A DNA stretch of 64,000 bases. Origin: Bacillota bacterium (GTDB taxonomy: Bacteria > Bacillota > Ch66 > Ch109). The notes under the pieces are model-generated. The model saw only the letters and a list, made by a program, of their open reading frames with translations. It was not told the DNA's origin and searched no databases. The position numbers and the translations under genes are program-made. The stretch lies in assembly GCA_050952625.1 (NCBI GenBank), contig JBMNLH010000001.1:864001-928000 (forward strand), written 5' to 3'. Positions 53,455 through 62,819 of this stretch are shown here, in pieces; the stretch's first letter is position 1; the number at the start of each line of letters is the position of its first letter.

Positions 53455-54339
53455 ATGCGTTACGAAGGAATGGTTTACCGTCCACCCAGTGAAGCGTATA
53501 GCTTGATTTTACAGGTTACGATTGGTTGTTCCCATAATAAATGTACTTTTTGCAGCATGTATAAGCAAAAAAAATACCGGGTTCGCGAACTGGCAGAAAT
53601 TGAAGCTGATGTTCGAATGGCCAAAATTCAGTACGGTGATGTAGAAAAAGTGTTTTTGGCCGATGGTGATGCCCTGGCCATGGAAACAGAGAGCCTGATT
53701 CAGATACTTGCTTTACTATATCGAACTTTTTCCAGCTTGAGGCACGTGGGTATCTATGCGAGTCCCGGCACTATTTTAAAAAAACAGCCTGACGAGTTGG
53801 CCGCTCTTTATCAGCAGGGCTTAACTATGGTGTACCTGGGAGTGGAGACTGGAGACCCTGCCTTATTACAAGACATTAAAAAAGGCGTGTCTGTTGAGGA
53901 TATGGCCATTGCCGGACAGATGATTGTTGATTCCAGTATACTGTTGTCCTGTACAATAATTTTGGGCTTAGCCGGCCAAGATTGGGACAGGGCAGAACGA
54001 CATGCCCGGGAGACCGCTAATCTGATTAACCGAATTAGTCCCCAGTATTTAGGAGCACTTACTTTAATGTTAGAACCGGGTACGATTCTATTTCGCCAAA
54101 TGCAGCGCGGCGAATTTCAACTCCCGACTTCCTTTGAAATATTGAAAGAGCTTAAGGTGTTAATAGAGAACTTAAATGTTCATCGGGCATGTATTTTTCG
54201 TAGTAATCATGCTTCGAACTATTTACCAATTAAAGGTACGTTGCCCAATGATAAGAAGGACATACTAAAATTAATCAATACAATTCTAGAAAGAAAAGAT
54301 GAGCGTTATCTTCGGCCTGACTTCTTGCGGGGTTTATAA
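53455..54339 (+). CDS. Radical SAM protein (RPPSEA family, function unknown)
   Basis: YRPPSEA and GCSHNKCTFCSMY (CxxxCxxC), FRSNHASNY; no SPASM domain. Confidence 0.92.
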   Translation: MRYEGMVYRPPSEAYSLILQVTIGCSHNKCTFCSMYKQKKYRVRELAEIEADVRMAKIQYGDVEKVFLADGDALAMETESLIQILALLYRTFSSLRHVGIYASPGTILKKQPDELAALYQQGLTMVYLGVETGDPALLQDIKKGVSVEDMAIAGQMIVDSSILLSCTIILGLAGQDWDRAERHARETANLINRISPQYLGALTLMLEPGTILFRQMQRGEFQLPTSFEILKELKVLIENLNVHRACIFRSNHASNYLPIKGTLPNDKKDILKLINTILERKDERYLRPDFLRGL

Positions 54340-54359
54340 AGCCAATAGGGAGGAAAAAT

Positions 54360-55217
54360 ATGCCTAAAGTAAAGGTTATAACTGATAGTACAGCCGACTT
54401 GCCGCTGGAAGTGGTTAAGCGGTACGGGATAATTGTCTTACCGATGGTTACTAGCTTCTCGGGAATTGACTACCGTGATGGTGTTGATCTCAAGCCACCT
54501 GAATTTTATAAGTTATTGGCGGATTGTTCGGAGTTACCACATACCTCGCAGCATTCTCCCCAGTTTTTAGCTAAAGCTTATCAACAAGCTCTAGCGGACG
54601 GTTCAGAGGTGATCGCCCTTCATCTTTCTTCAGGTTTGAGCGGAACGGTACAAAACGCTCGTTTAGCCCAAGAAATGGTAAATGAAAAAACCCGGCTGGC
54701 TATCCTGGATTCACTTTCCGCTTCAATGGGTCAAGGTTTGCTGGCTACCAGGGCAGCCGAATTGGCTGAGAATGGGTTCTCGCTACAAGAGATTGTGACT
54801 GAGATAGAAATGATGCGACAGAAACTTTGCAGTATTTTCATGGTTGATACCCTTAAGTATTTGTTAAAAGGAGGCCGAATCAATAAGGTCCAAGCAACCG
54901 TGGGTTCCCTGCTGGATATAAAACCGGTACTCCATATTAATTCGGAGGGCAAAATTGATCAATTGGATAAGGTGCGAGGCCGGCGAGCGGCCTTAAGGCG
55001 GTTAAACTCCTTGATTGAAGAACAAGGAACTGATTTAGCCGGTCAGACAGTTGGGATTAGTCACGCTATCTGCCAGCTCGATGCGGAAAGAGTTAGAGAT
55101 ACTTTTAAGGAACGTTTTGGGGCGAAAGAGGTAATTATCGGTGAGATTGGTGCAGTTATTGGGACCCACGTTGGCCATGGAACCCTGGCTATTTTTTTTC
55201 AAGGTAAACCGAAATAA
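54360..55217 (+). CDS. DegV family fatty-acid-binding protein (FakB-like)
   Basis: ITDSTADL, TSQ, SSGLSGT, YLLKGGRI and IGTHVG motifs. Confidence 0.95.
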   Translation: MPKVKVITDSTADLPLEVVKRYGIIVLPMVTSFSGIDYRDGVDLKPPEFYKLLADCSELPHTSQHSPQFLAKAYQQALADGSEVIALHLSSGLSGTVQNARLAQEMVNEKTRLAILDSLSASMGQGLLATRAAELAENGFSLQEIVTEIEMMRQKLCSIFMVDTLKYLLKGGRINKVQATVGSLLDIKPVLHINSEGKIDQLDKVRGRRAALRRLNSLIEEQGTDLAGQTVGISHAICQLDAERVRDTFKERFGAKEVIIGEIGAVIGTHVGHGTLAIFFQGKPK

Positions 55218-55261
55218 ACCGGGCTTTATTGTTACAGTAATAGACGGTAGGGGGTAAAGTA

Positions 55262-55888
55262 ATGTGGCCGTTTGGCAGTAAAGATTATAAATTGTTTGAC
55301 CTTTTTGGAGCCAGTGCTAACGTTGTTGTCCGAGCCGGAGCCATAATCAAGGATGTGGTAGAAAATTACGATAATTTAGATGAACGGATGAACCAGTTGA
55401 CCAAACTGGAAGATGAGGGAGATCAAATTATTGAAGCCCTTGTGCAGAAACTGAATCAATCTTTTATCCTCCCCTTTGATCGGGAAGATGCATACGCTCT
55501 AGTTCAAAAACTTGATTCAATTCTAGATTATATTGCCGGAATTGTTGACCGGATAGTGCTCTATAAAGCTGCCCAGCCCAATCAAGTAGTGAGCAATATG
55601 GTTGAAGTGTTGGAAAAGGCCATTATACTACAGGAAAGGGCTTTTACGTATTTTTCAGACTTTGAACATAAGCGTAAGCAGATTATGGAATGCTGCGATC
55701 AAATCTCAAATCTTGAGAAACAGCAGGATATGCTCTACCGACAGGCAATGGCTGACTTATTTCAGGGAAAATATGATGCCATGACAGTAATAAAATGGAA
55801 GGAAATCTACGAACACATTGAAACAACACTGGATCGCTGTGAGGATGTTAGTAACCTGATTCGAGGTATTTGTATTAAATATTCTTAA
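55262..55888 (+). CDS. DUF47 / PhoU-like phosphate transport regulator
   Basis: LEDEGD, SFILPFDREDA and KWKEIYEHIETTLDRCEDV motifs. Confidence 0.92.
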   Translation: MWPFGSKDYKLFDLFGASANVVVRAGAIIKDVVENYDNLDERMNQLTKLEDEGDQIIEALVQKLNQSFILPFDREDAYALVQKLDSILDYIAGIVDRIVLYKAAQPNQVVSNMVEVLEKAIILQERAFTYFSDFEHKRKQIMECCDQISNLEKQQDMLYRQAMADLFQGKYDAMTVIKWKEIYEHIETTLDRCEDVSNLIRGICIKYS

Positions 55889-55950
55889 GATTGTAATAAA
55901 ACATAACCACTCCTGCGATAGGGAAAACTAAATTCAGAAAGGAGTGGTTG

Positions 55951-56256
55951 ATGATGATTCAAAAAGAAAATTCTAAAGTAGACAAGGAAGTTAATCCAGA
56001 CAATAGTCGATCTCGAGTGATTGGCTTGGATTCGAGTTGTTCAAGTAGTTATGAATTCTCAGAGGAGAGTAATTCACCTAGTTCAAGTTGTTCAAGCGAT
56101 ACTAGCGCGCAAGAGGCAAGTAGTCTATCTTGTTCAGTTTGTTCAAATAGTACGATTCCACAAGAACCTGGTAGCGCAGTTGCTGCTGAGGGTTTAAGCG
56201 AGACCGATGAAAATTCACCTAAAGAACTTGAGGAACATGACGAAAGCACCTGCTAG
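55951..56256 (+). CDS. Ser/Glu/Cys-rich low-complexity small protein (probably spore-related)
   Basis: SD AAGGAGTGG, SigF/G-like promoter ACATA-N15-GGGAAAACTA, and a downstream hairpin near 56297-56330. Confidence 0.6.
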   Translation: MMIQKENSKVDKEVNPDNSRSRVIGLDSSCSSSYEFSEESNSPSSSCSSDTSAQEASSLSCSVCSNSTIPQEPGSAVAAEGLSETDENSPKELEEHDESTC

Positions 56257-56343
56257 AATTATTTTGTTATTATAAACATGTTGATCCAGTTAATTGATAC
56301 CACTCGTTAATAGAATACGGGTGGTATTTTCTTTAAGTTTTAT

Positions 56344-56485
56344 AAAAAAATCTCCCCAACTATTTGGGGAGAATAATGTGGAGGTTGGAAATTCATGGTT
56401 GACTGTAGGGGGAGAAGATTAACCTCATCAATCAAAACCAATAAGGATAAGGTTACAAAAAACATAAGCTTTACTAAGGCCTATA
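56344..56485 (-). ncRNA. Candidate sporulation sRNA with C-rich anti-SD motifs
   Basis: Minus-strand GAATA-N18-CATACTC promoter, ~140 nt with no SD, terminator TCTCCCCAA-atag-TTGGGGAGA plus T-run. Confidence 0.5.
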
Positions 56486-56788
56486 AGATGAGTATGTTCT
56501 AATCCGAAGAATATTATTCTATCTCGCAACCGAAGATTTGTACTTTAATCTCTAGGTAATAGGGATGAAGCAGTCATCATTAAACGAAATCATGTTAGCT
56601 GCTAAGGTAGCTAGGTATTTTATTTTTCAAGAAATGACGGTTATTGAGTTTTGAAATTAGAAATCTAGCTTATCCAACTTCTGGTTGCAAAGGTTGATTA
56701 TCACCTGAAATACCGACAATTCCATAATGAAGGGTGGGTTGTTATTGACCTATAATTAAACTGAACCCATCTATATTAAGGAAGGAGG

Positions 56789-57586
56789 ATGAATCTCATC
56801 GGTATGAGTTTCCTAGTCGGTAAAAGATTCAGGTTTTTAGCATCAGTTTTAGTAGTTACTGTTCTAATGGTGATTAGTACGTCTGCCCCGGCATCAGCTT
56901 TAGTATCCTACATGGTTAAGTCTGGAGACAGCCTCTATAGGATTGGTCAAAAATACGGACTAACCAGCCAACAGCTTCAGCGAGTAAATAACTTGAGTTC
57001 TACCTTGATTTATCCTGGCCAGATTATTAAGATACCCACCATTTATCAGGTTAACCGAGGAGATAGTTGGTATTTGATTGCCCAAAAATTTGGCGTTTCG
57101 GTCAATCAACTCAAGTATGTAAATAATCGCTGGAACGATCTGATTTACCCAGGGGAGAAGCTGCTTATCCCGGTTGTTACTTCAAAGACAGTTGCTTCAA
57201 CAGCAACGCCTAGCCGTGGTCTTAACGGTTATTCTCGAGAGGACATTATTCTTTTAGCCAAATTGATCCGGGCCGAGGCTGGTGGAGAGCCCTACATAGG
57301 ACAAGTAGCGGTAGGGGCTGTCGTTTTAAATCGAGTCAGAGATTCAGAATTCCCTAATACAATTTCCGGAGTAATCTTCCAGCGACTAGCCTTTTCTTGT
57401 GTAGACGAAGGGACTATTTGGCAAAATCCCCTGACCACAAACTTAAACGCCGCTAATGATGCGTTGAAAGGCTGGGATCCAACTGAGGGGGCCCTTTACT
57501 TCTATAATCCGGACAAGCCATGTGCGGCTTGGATTTTTACTCGTCCAGTAATCAAGCGTATTGGTAACCATGTATTTGCCAAATAA
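56789..57586 (+). CDS. LysM-containing SleB/CwlJ-type cell wall hydrolase
   Basis: Signal peptide, two LysM domains, LAKLIRAEAGGEPYIGQVAVGAVVLNR and GALYFYNP. Confidence 0.93.
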   Translation: MNLIGMSFLVGKRFRFLASVLVVTVLMVISTSAPASALVSYMVKSGDSLYRIGQKYGLTSQQLQRVNNLSSTLIYPGQIIKIPTIYQVNRGDSWYLIAQKFGVSVNQLKYVNNRWNDLIYPGEKLLIPVVTSKTVASTATPSRGLNGYSREDIILLAKLIRAEAGGEPYIGQVAVGAVVLNRVRDSEFPNTISGVIFQRLAFSCVDEGTIWQNPLTTNLNAANDALKGWDPTEGALYFYNPDKPCAAWIFTRPVIKRIGNHVFAK

Positions 57587-57855
57587 ATCTTAAACACAAG
57601 AAAATTAATTACACAAGAAAAACCTTTAGTAAAGTTTTTCTACAGTATGCTCTAATCCGACCCCGGACGGTTGTACCTATGGGGTCTTGTTTTATTGTTT
57701 CTTAAAATATTTTATGTTTTGTATTTATTGCCATATAATAAGAAAAAAATTGTGAGAATTCATAAAGGCCTTTTCGGGTGTGTTTTTCCTTTCTTGCCGG
57801 GAAAGATTATTAAGGATATAATCACTATGGATACAATGTGTAGGAGTGATTCTAG

Positions 57856-59193
57856 ATGTTGGAGTATCAACCCAGGTTATATCAGGTCCTAACTTATGGC
57901 TGTCAAGCTAATGAGCGTGATTCTGAAACCATCGCTGGTCTACTGAACAGTCGCGGTTATGAACCGGCGTCAAATATCGATGAAGCTGATGTTATCATTA
58001 TTAATACTTGCTGTGTTCGTCATACCGCGGAAAATAAGGTTTACGGAAAATTAGGTGAACTTAAGGTCTTAAAACGACAGAATCCCCAACTAATTATTGG
58101 AGTATGCGGCTGTATGGCGCAACAAAAAGAAGCAGCTGAAAAACTATATCGCCGGGCTCCTCATATCGATTTGCTTTTTGGAACGCACAACACGCATCGT
58201 CTACCCGAGCTACTGGAACGAACTTTAGCTACCGGCCGACCAGTGATGGACGTTTGGGAACGAGAGGGAGAAATAGTCGAAGAATTGCCAGTTCATCGGA
58301 ACCCAGGAATTCGGGCTTACGTTAATATTATGTATGGGTGCGATAATTTCTGCAGTTACTGTATTGTCCCCTACGTCAGGGGACGTGAACGGAGCCGCCG
58401 CTTAAAGGATATTTTGCGTGAAGTAGAAACAGCAGTCAATCAAGGTTATCGAGAAATTATGTTACTTGGACAGAATGTCAATTCCTACGGCAAGAGTTTA
58501 GCTGAGGAAGTTGATTTTGCAGACCTACTGACTGAAGTAGATCAACTACCGGGATTGGAACGTATTCGCTATATGACTTCTCACCCTAAAAACTTCTCTG
58601 ATAAAATAATTCGGGCCATTGCTGATTCCAAACATGTATGTGAACATTTTCATTTGCCAGTTCAGGCCGGGGGAAATCATGTATTACGGTGGATGAACCG
58701 GGGTTATACTCGCGAGGAATATAAAGAACTGATCAGACGTGTTCGAGAGGCATCTCCTAATTGCAGTATTACCACCGATATTATTGTCGGTTTTCCCCAA
58801 GAGACTGAGTCCTGTTTTGCTCATACTATGGAACTAATGGAATGGGCTAAGTTTGACGCAGCCTATACCTTTCTGTATTCTCCACGATCCGGGACACCAG
58901 CAGCAAAGATGCCGGATACTGTTCCACTGGAGGTCAAGAAAAGTCGGCTAAAAGAACTGATGAATCTACAAAACAAGATTAGTCTAATAATTAATCAAAA
59001 AACAATTGGCAAATCAATGGAGATTCTAGTTGAGGGGCCAAGTAAAACAAATCCATCCCGTCTTTCAGGACGAACAAGAACCAATAAAGTAGTGGTCTTT
59101 GATGGGCCTCCCGAAATTATTGGAGAACTAGTAAACATAGAAATAACGGAAGCTCAAACTTGGAACCTGCAAGGGCGTCTGTTAACCGGCTAA
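57856..59193 (+). CDS. miaB: tRNA-2-methylthio-N6-isopentenyladenosine synthase
   Basis: TYGCQANERDSE, GCDNFCSYCIVPYVRG, TSHP and a TRAM domain. Confidence 0.98.
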   Translation: MLEYQPRLYQVLTYGCQANERDSETIAGLLNSRGYEPASNIDEADVIIINTCCVRHTAENKVYGKLGELKVLKRQNPQLIIGVCGCMAQQKEAAEKLYRRAPHIDLLFGTHNTHRLPELLERTLATGRPVMDVWEREGEIVEELPVHRNPGIRAYVNIMYGCDNFCSYCIVPYVRGRERSRRLKDILREVETAVNQGYREIMLLGQNVNSYGKSLAEEVDFADLLTEVDQLPGLERIRYMTSHPKNFSDKIIRAIADSKHVCEHFHLPVQAGGNHVLRWMNRGYTREEYKELIRRVREASPNCSITTDIIVGFPQETESCFAHTMELMEWAKFDAAYTFLYSPRSGTPAAKMPDTVPLEVKKSRLKELMNLQNKISLIINQKTIGKSMEILVEGPSKTNPSRLSGRTRTNKVVVFDGPPEIIGELVNIEITEAQTWNLQGRLLTG

Positions 59194-59209
59194 AAGAGTT
59201 GTCCACATT

Positions 59210-59240
59210 AGAACCGTAGTTGGGGAAACGGTTCTTTTTT
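59210..59240 (+). terminator. Intrinsic terminator after miaB
   Basis: AGAACCGT-N10-ACGGTTCT followed by a T-run. Confidence 0.7.
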
Positions 59241-59326
59241 ATATTCCTGAATTTGGTTACGTTTAAGTAATGCGCAGGAATATTATAACTATAAGCGAAA
59301 CTAATAGTTAGAAGGGAGTGATTACC

Positions 59327-59580
59327 ATATCGGAATTGCGACGTGACCCGATAACCAACCGGTGGGTAGTTATTGCGGCTGAAAGAGGCAAAAGGCCTCA
59401 GGCACTGCCTGAGAAGAAAGAAGGACTATTAGGAGTGGAGCAGCAGTGTCCTTTCTGTCCCGGTAGCGAGGATGTCACTACTTCGCCGGATTTGAATGGG
59501 GCTCTAATTTCTACGTCAACCCAGTTTCGCCTGAACAAGCTGCTGAACAGTTAAAAAAGGTTGAACTACCGGTTAGATAG
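59327..59580 (+). pseudogene. galT: galT pseudogene with a large internal deletion
   Basis: GalT N-terminus (SELRRDPITNRWVVIAAERGKRP...CPFCPG) fused out of frame to the GalT C-terminus ([23 protein letters not shown]); the expected ATG reads ATA. Confidence 0.88.
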
Positions 59581-59614
59581 AGTTTAATCATCAGCTTTAC
59601 TGCCACAAATTTTA

Positions 59615-60358
59615 CTAACAAATCGATACTGACGCCGGGAGTCGGCCTCTAAGGAAGTTTCGGGCCATGTCCACATGCTGTTCAGTTGGGGGAGAGATCT
59701 CGCTGAGTTGATAAGTTAACCCTAAGGCCTGCCACTTCGCTACTCCTAAATTATGGTAGGGCAAAACTTCCAGGCGTTGGACATTGGGCATGGTATTAAC
59801 TAGATCAGCCAGTGCGGTCAGGTCCTCTTGACTGTCCGTTAAACTAGGTACCAGGACATACCTAATCCACACCGGCTTATGAATTCGAGTCAGATAACGG
59901 GCTAACCGCAAGGGACGGTAATTGGCGTGTTCAGTTAAAAGTTGGTGTTTTAAAGGATCAGTATGCTTCACTGACAATAAAATCAAATCTGTGTCTTGTA
60001 ACAGTGTTATCACCTTTTCTACATCAGCATAGCCGCTGGTATCAAGGGCTGTGTGTACCTTTAGCTTGTGCAGTTTTTCAAAAAGTTCAGACAGAAATGC
60101 CGCTTGCAGCAGAGGTTCACCTCCAGAAGCAGTAACTCCGCCGCCGCTGGCAGTCATGTAGGGCAAATATTGTTGCACATCAGCAATTATTTCTTCGACC
60201 GTAACTTCCCGGCCATATCTCATTTGCCAAGTATCCGGGTTATGACAGTAGGCACAACGCAAGGGACACCCTTGCATAAACAGAACATAACGGATACCCG
60301 GTCCATCTAGTGTGCCAAAGCTTTCTATAGAATGCAGATAGCCCTTTCTGCTCATCAT
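59615..60358 (-). CDS. pflA: Pyruvate formate-lyase activating enzyme
   Basis: ESFGTLDGPGIR, GCPLRCAYCHNPDT, SGGEP and LPYH motifs. Confidence 0.97.
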   Translation of the reverse strand: MMSRKGYLHSIESFGTLDGPGIRYVLFMQGCPLRCAYCHNPDTWQMRYGREVTVEEIIADVQQYLPYMTASGGGVTASGGEPLLQAAFLSELFEKLHKLKVHTALDTSGYADVEKVITLLQDTDLILLSVKHTDPLKHQLLTEHANYRPLRLARYLTRIHKPVWIRYVLVPSLTDSQEDLTALADLVNTMPNVQRLEVLPYHNLGVAKWQALGLTYQLSEISPPTEQHVDMARNFLRGRLPASVSIC

Positions 60359-60433
60359 TTCCCCCTAGCGATGCAAGCAAAATTTAAAAAATTATGTTTT
60401 AAAACAAAAGCTAAGCAGTACGGTCAAGATGCA

Positions 60434-62668
60434 TTATAAAGTCGTGTGGAATGTCCGATTGATCACGTCCAACTGCTGTTCCCGTGATAGTTTAATAAAA
60501 TTGACCGCATAACCGGAAACCCGTATCGTTAACTGGGGGTATTTTTCCGGGTGGTCCATTGCTTCAAGTAAAGTCTCTCGTTCCAGAACATTCACGTTGA
60601 TATGGTGACCGCCTTGCGTAAAATAGCCGGTCAACAGGGAGACTAGGTTAGCGACTCGGTCAGCCGATTCTCGACCCAAGGCTTTAGGGACGATCGAGAA
60701 AGTATAGGAAATCCCGTCCAATGCGTAGCGGTAGGGTAGCTTAGCAACTGAGTTCATGGACGCTAGAGCACCGCGATGGTCTCGCCCATGCATCGGGTTA
60801 GCTCCAGGGGCAAACGGCTCTCCGGCTTTACGTCCGTCTGGTGTGGTACCGGTCTTTTTCCCATAAACAACATTTGAAGTAATCGTTAAGATGGAAAGAG
60901 TATGCTCAGAGTTGCGGTAAGCCGGAGTTTTTTTCAATTTAGTCATAAACGATCGGACTATGTCTGCGGCTATTTCATCTACCCGGGGATCATTATTGCC
61001 AAAGGTGGGAAAATCCCCTTCAATCTCAAAATCAGTGGCTAGCCCGGCCGGATTTCGGATAACCTTAACTTTAGCGTATTTAACCGCGGACAGCGAATCA
61101 GCAACCACTGATAGGCCAGCGATGCCGAAAGCCATGGTTCGAAAAATGATGGGGTCATGCAGGGCGAATTCCAATCGTTCCGGAGCATATTTATCGTGCA
61201 TATAGTGAATAACATTCATGGTGTTGACGTAAAGCCGAGCCAGCCAGTCCAAGATCAGCTCGAATGCCTCTCGCAACTCATTATATTCCAGAATATCACT
61301 GGTAATCGGCCGAAACCCGAGAGCCACTGGCAGTTCTAATTTTTCATCTACTCCGCCATTGATAGCGTATAGCAGAGCCTTAGCCAAGTTTACCCTAGCC
61401 CCAAAGAACTGCATTTGCTTACCCAACTTCATCGCGGACACACAGCAGGCAATGGCATAGTCATCACCCCAGTAAGGCCGCATTAAGTCATCGTTTTCAT
61501 ATTGCAGAGAACTTGACTCAATGGTTACTTGAGCACAATATTCTTTAAAAGGTTGAGGCAAATTTTTTGACCAAAGGATCGTCATGTTTGGTTCCGGGGC
61601 CGGCCCAAGATTAGACAGAGTGTGCAAAAAACGATAAGAGGTTTTAGTGACTAGAGTTCGGCCATCTACCCCCATCCCGCCAATTGATTCCGTGGTCCAG
61701 ACCGGGTCACCGCTGAATAATTCATCATAACTTGGCGAGCGCAAGAAACGGATCATCCGCAGTTTAATAACCAATTGATCAATTAGTTCTTGGGCTGCTT
61801 CTTCGGTTAATAGACCTTTTTGCAGATCCCGTTCCAGGTAAATATCCAAGAAGGTCGAAACGCGACCTAGGCTCATCGCGGCTCCGTTCTGTTCCTTAAC
61901 CACTCCTAAATAAGCTAAATATGTCCATTGGACTGCCTCCCGGGCATTGCTGGCCGGTTTGGAAATATCAAAACCATAGGCCTCAGCCATTTGTTTTAAC
62001 TGTTTTAAGGCCTTGATCTGGTCAGCGATCTCTTCGCGCAGTCGGATAATTTCTTCGTTCATTACATCGACGGCTAGGGATCCTTGATACTGAACCCGAT
62101 CAGCAATTAAAACATCGACCCCGTAAAGGGCGACACGGCGGTAGTCGCCGATAATTCGACCTCGACCGTAGGCATCAGGAAGCCCTGTAATGATACCAGC
62201 CTTGCGGGCTCGCCTCATTTCTGTGGTATAAACATCAAAAACAGCATCATTATGTGTTTTTCGATATTGCGTAAAGATGCGTTCAATTTCCGGGTCAAGC
62301 TCCCGACCATAGGCTTCCAGCGAGGCTTTAACAGTACGCACACCACCACTGGGCATGATCGCTCGTTTCAGCGGCTTATCAGTTTGTAAGCCAAAGATGA
62401 GTTCCAGATCCCGGTCAATATAGCCTGGGGAGTGCGAAGTAAGCGAAGAAACTACGTCAGTATCCATATCTAATACACCACCGGCCTGACGCTCCTCTTT
62501 TATTAAATCTGTTACTTTACCCCATAACTTAAGAGTACGTTCGGTCGCCGGTTTTAAAAAGTCGGCTGTTCCCACGTAGGGGGTATAATTACATTGAATA
62601 AAATTCCGGACATCTATTTCCTGCTGCCAGGCTCCGGATTGAAATCCTTGCCATTCCGTATAGTTCAT
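60434..62668 (-). CDS. pflB: Pyruvate formate-lyase (formate C-acetyltransferase)
   Basis: [25 protein letters not shown] and glycyl-radical RVSGYAV; SD GAGGTG before ATG 62668. Confidence 0.98.
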   Translation of the reverse strand: MNYTEWQGFQSGAWQQEIDVRNFIQCNYTPYVGTADFLKPATERTLKLWGKVTDLIKEERQAGGVLDMDTDVVSSLTSHSPGYIDRDLELIFGLQTDKPLKRAIMPSGGVRTVKASLEAYGRELDPEIERIFTQYRKTHNDAVFDVYTTEMRRARKAGIITGLPDAYGRGRIIGDYRRVALYGVDVLIADRVQYQGSLAVDVMNEEIIRLREEIADQIKALKQLKQMAEAYGFDISKPASNAREAVQWTYLAYLGVVKEQNGAAMSLGRVSTFLDIYLERDLQKGLLTEEAAQELIDQLVIKLRMIRFLRSPSYDELFSGDPVWTTESIGGMGVDGRTLVTKTSYRFLHTLSNLGPAPEPNMTILWSKNLPQPFKEYCAQVTIESSSLQYENDDLMRPYWGDDYAIACCVSAMKLGKQMQFFGARVNLAKALLYAINGGVDEKLELPVALGFRPITSDILEYNELREAFELILDWLARLYVNTMNVIHYMHDKYAPERLEFALHDPIIFRTMAFGIAGLSVVADSLSAVKYAKVKVIRNPAGLATDFEIEGDFPTFGNNDPRVDEIAADIVRSFMTKLKKTPAYRNSEHTLSILTITSNVVYGKKTGTTPDGRKAGEPFAPGANPMHGRDHRGALASMNSVAKLPYRYALDGISYTFSIVPKALGRESADRVANLVSLLTGYFTQGGHHINVNVLERETLLEAMDHPEKYPQLTIRVSGYAVNFIKLSREQQLDVINRTFHTTL

Positions 62669-62819
62669 TATGCGCCTTGCCACCTCTCTATACTTAAAAC
62701 TGATATTAGTTTGCCCAAATACCCCTAGAAAATCAGGATGCGGTTGGACTTTCTTGGCTTAGGCTATTGCCTGTGTTAGAATTAGAAATATAAACCACGG
62801 GAACTAGATGGGGGCAATT

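Noticed and set aside
53455-56256. Radical SAM plus Ser/Cys-rich ORF as a RiPP cluster
   Set aside because: The enzyme has no SPASM or RRE domain, no transporter or peptidase is present, and degV and DUF47 intervene.
57671-57892. 73-aa hydrophobic ORF before miaB
   Set aside because: It lies in AT-rich promoter DNA with no convincing SD.
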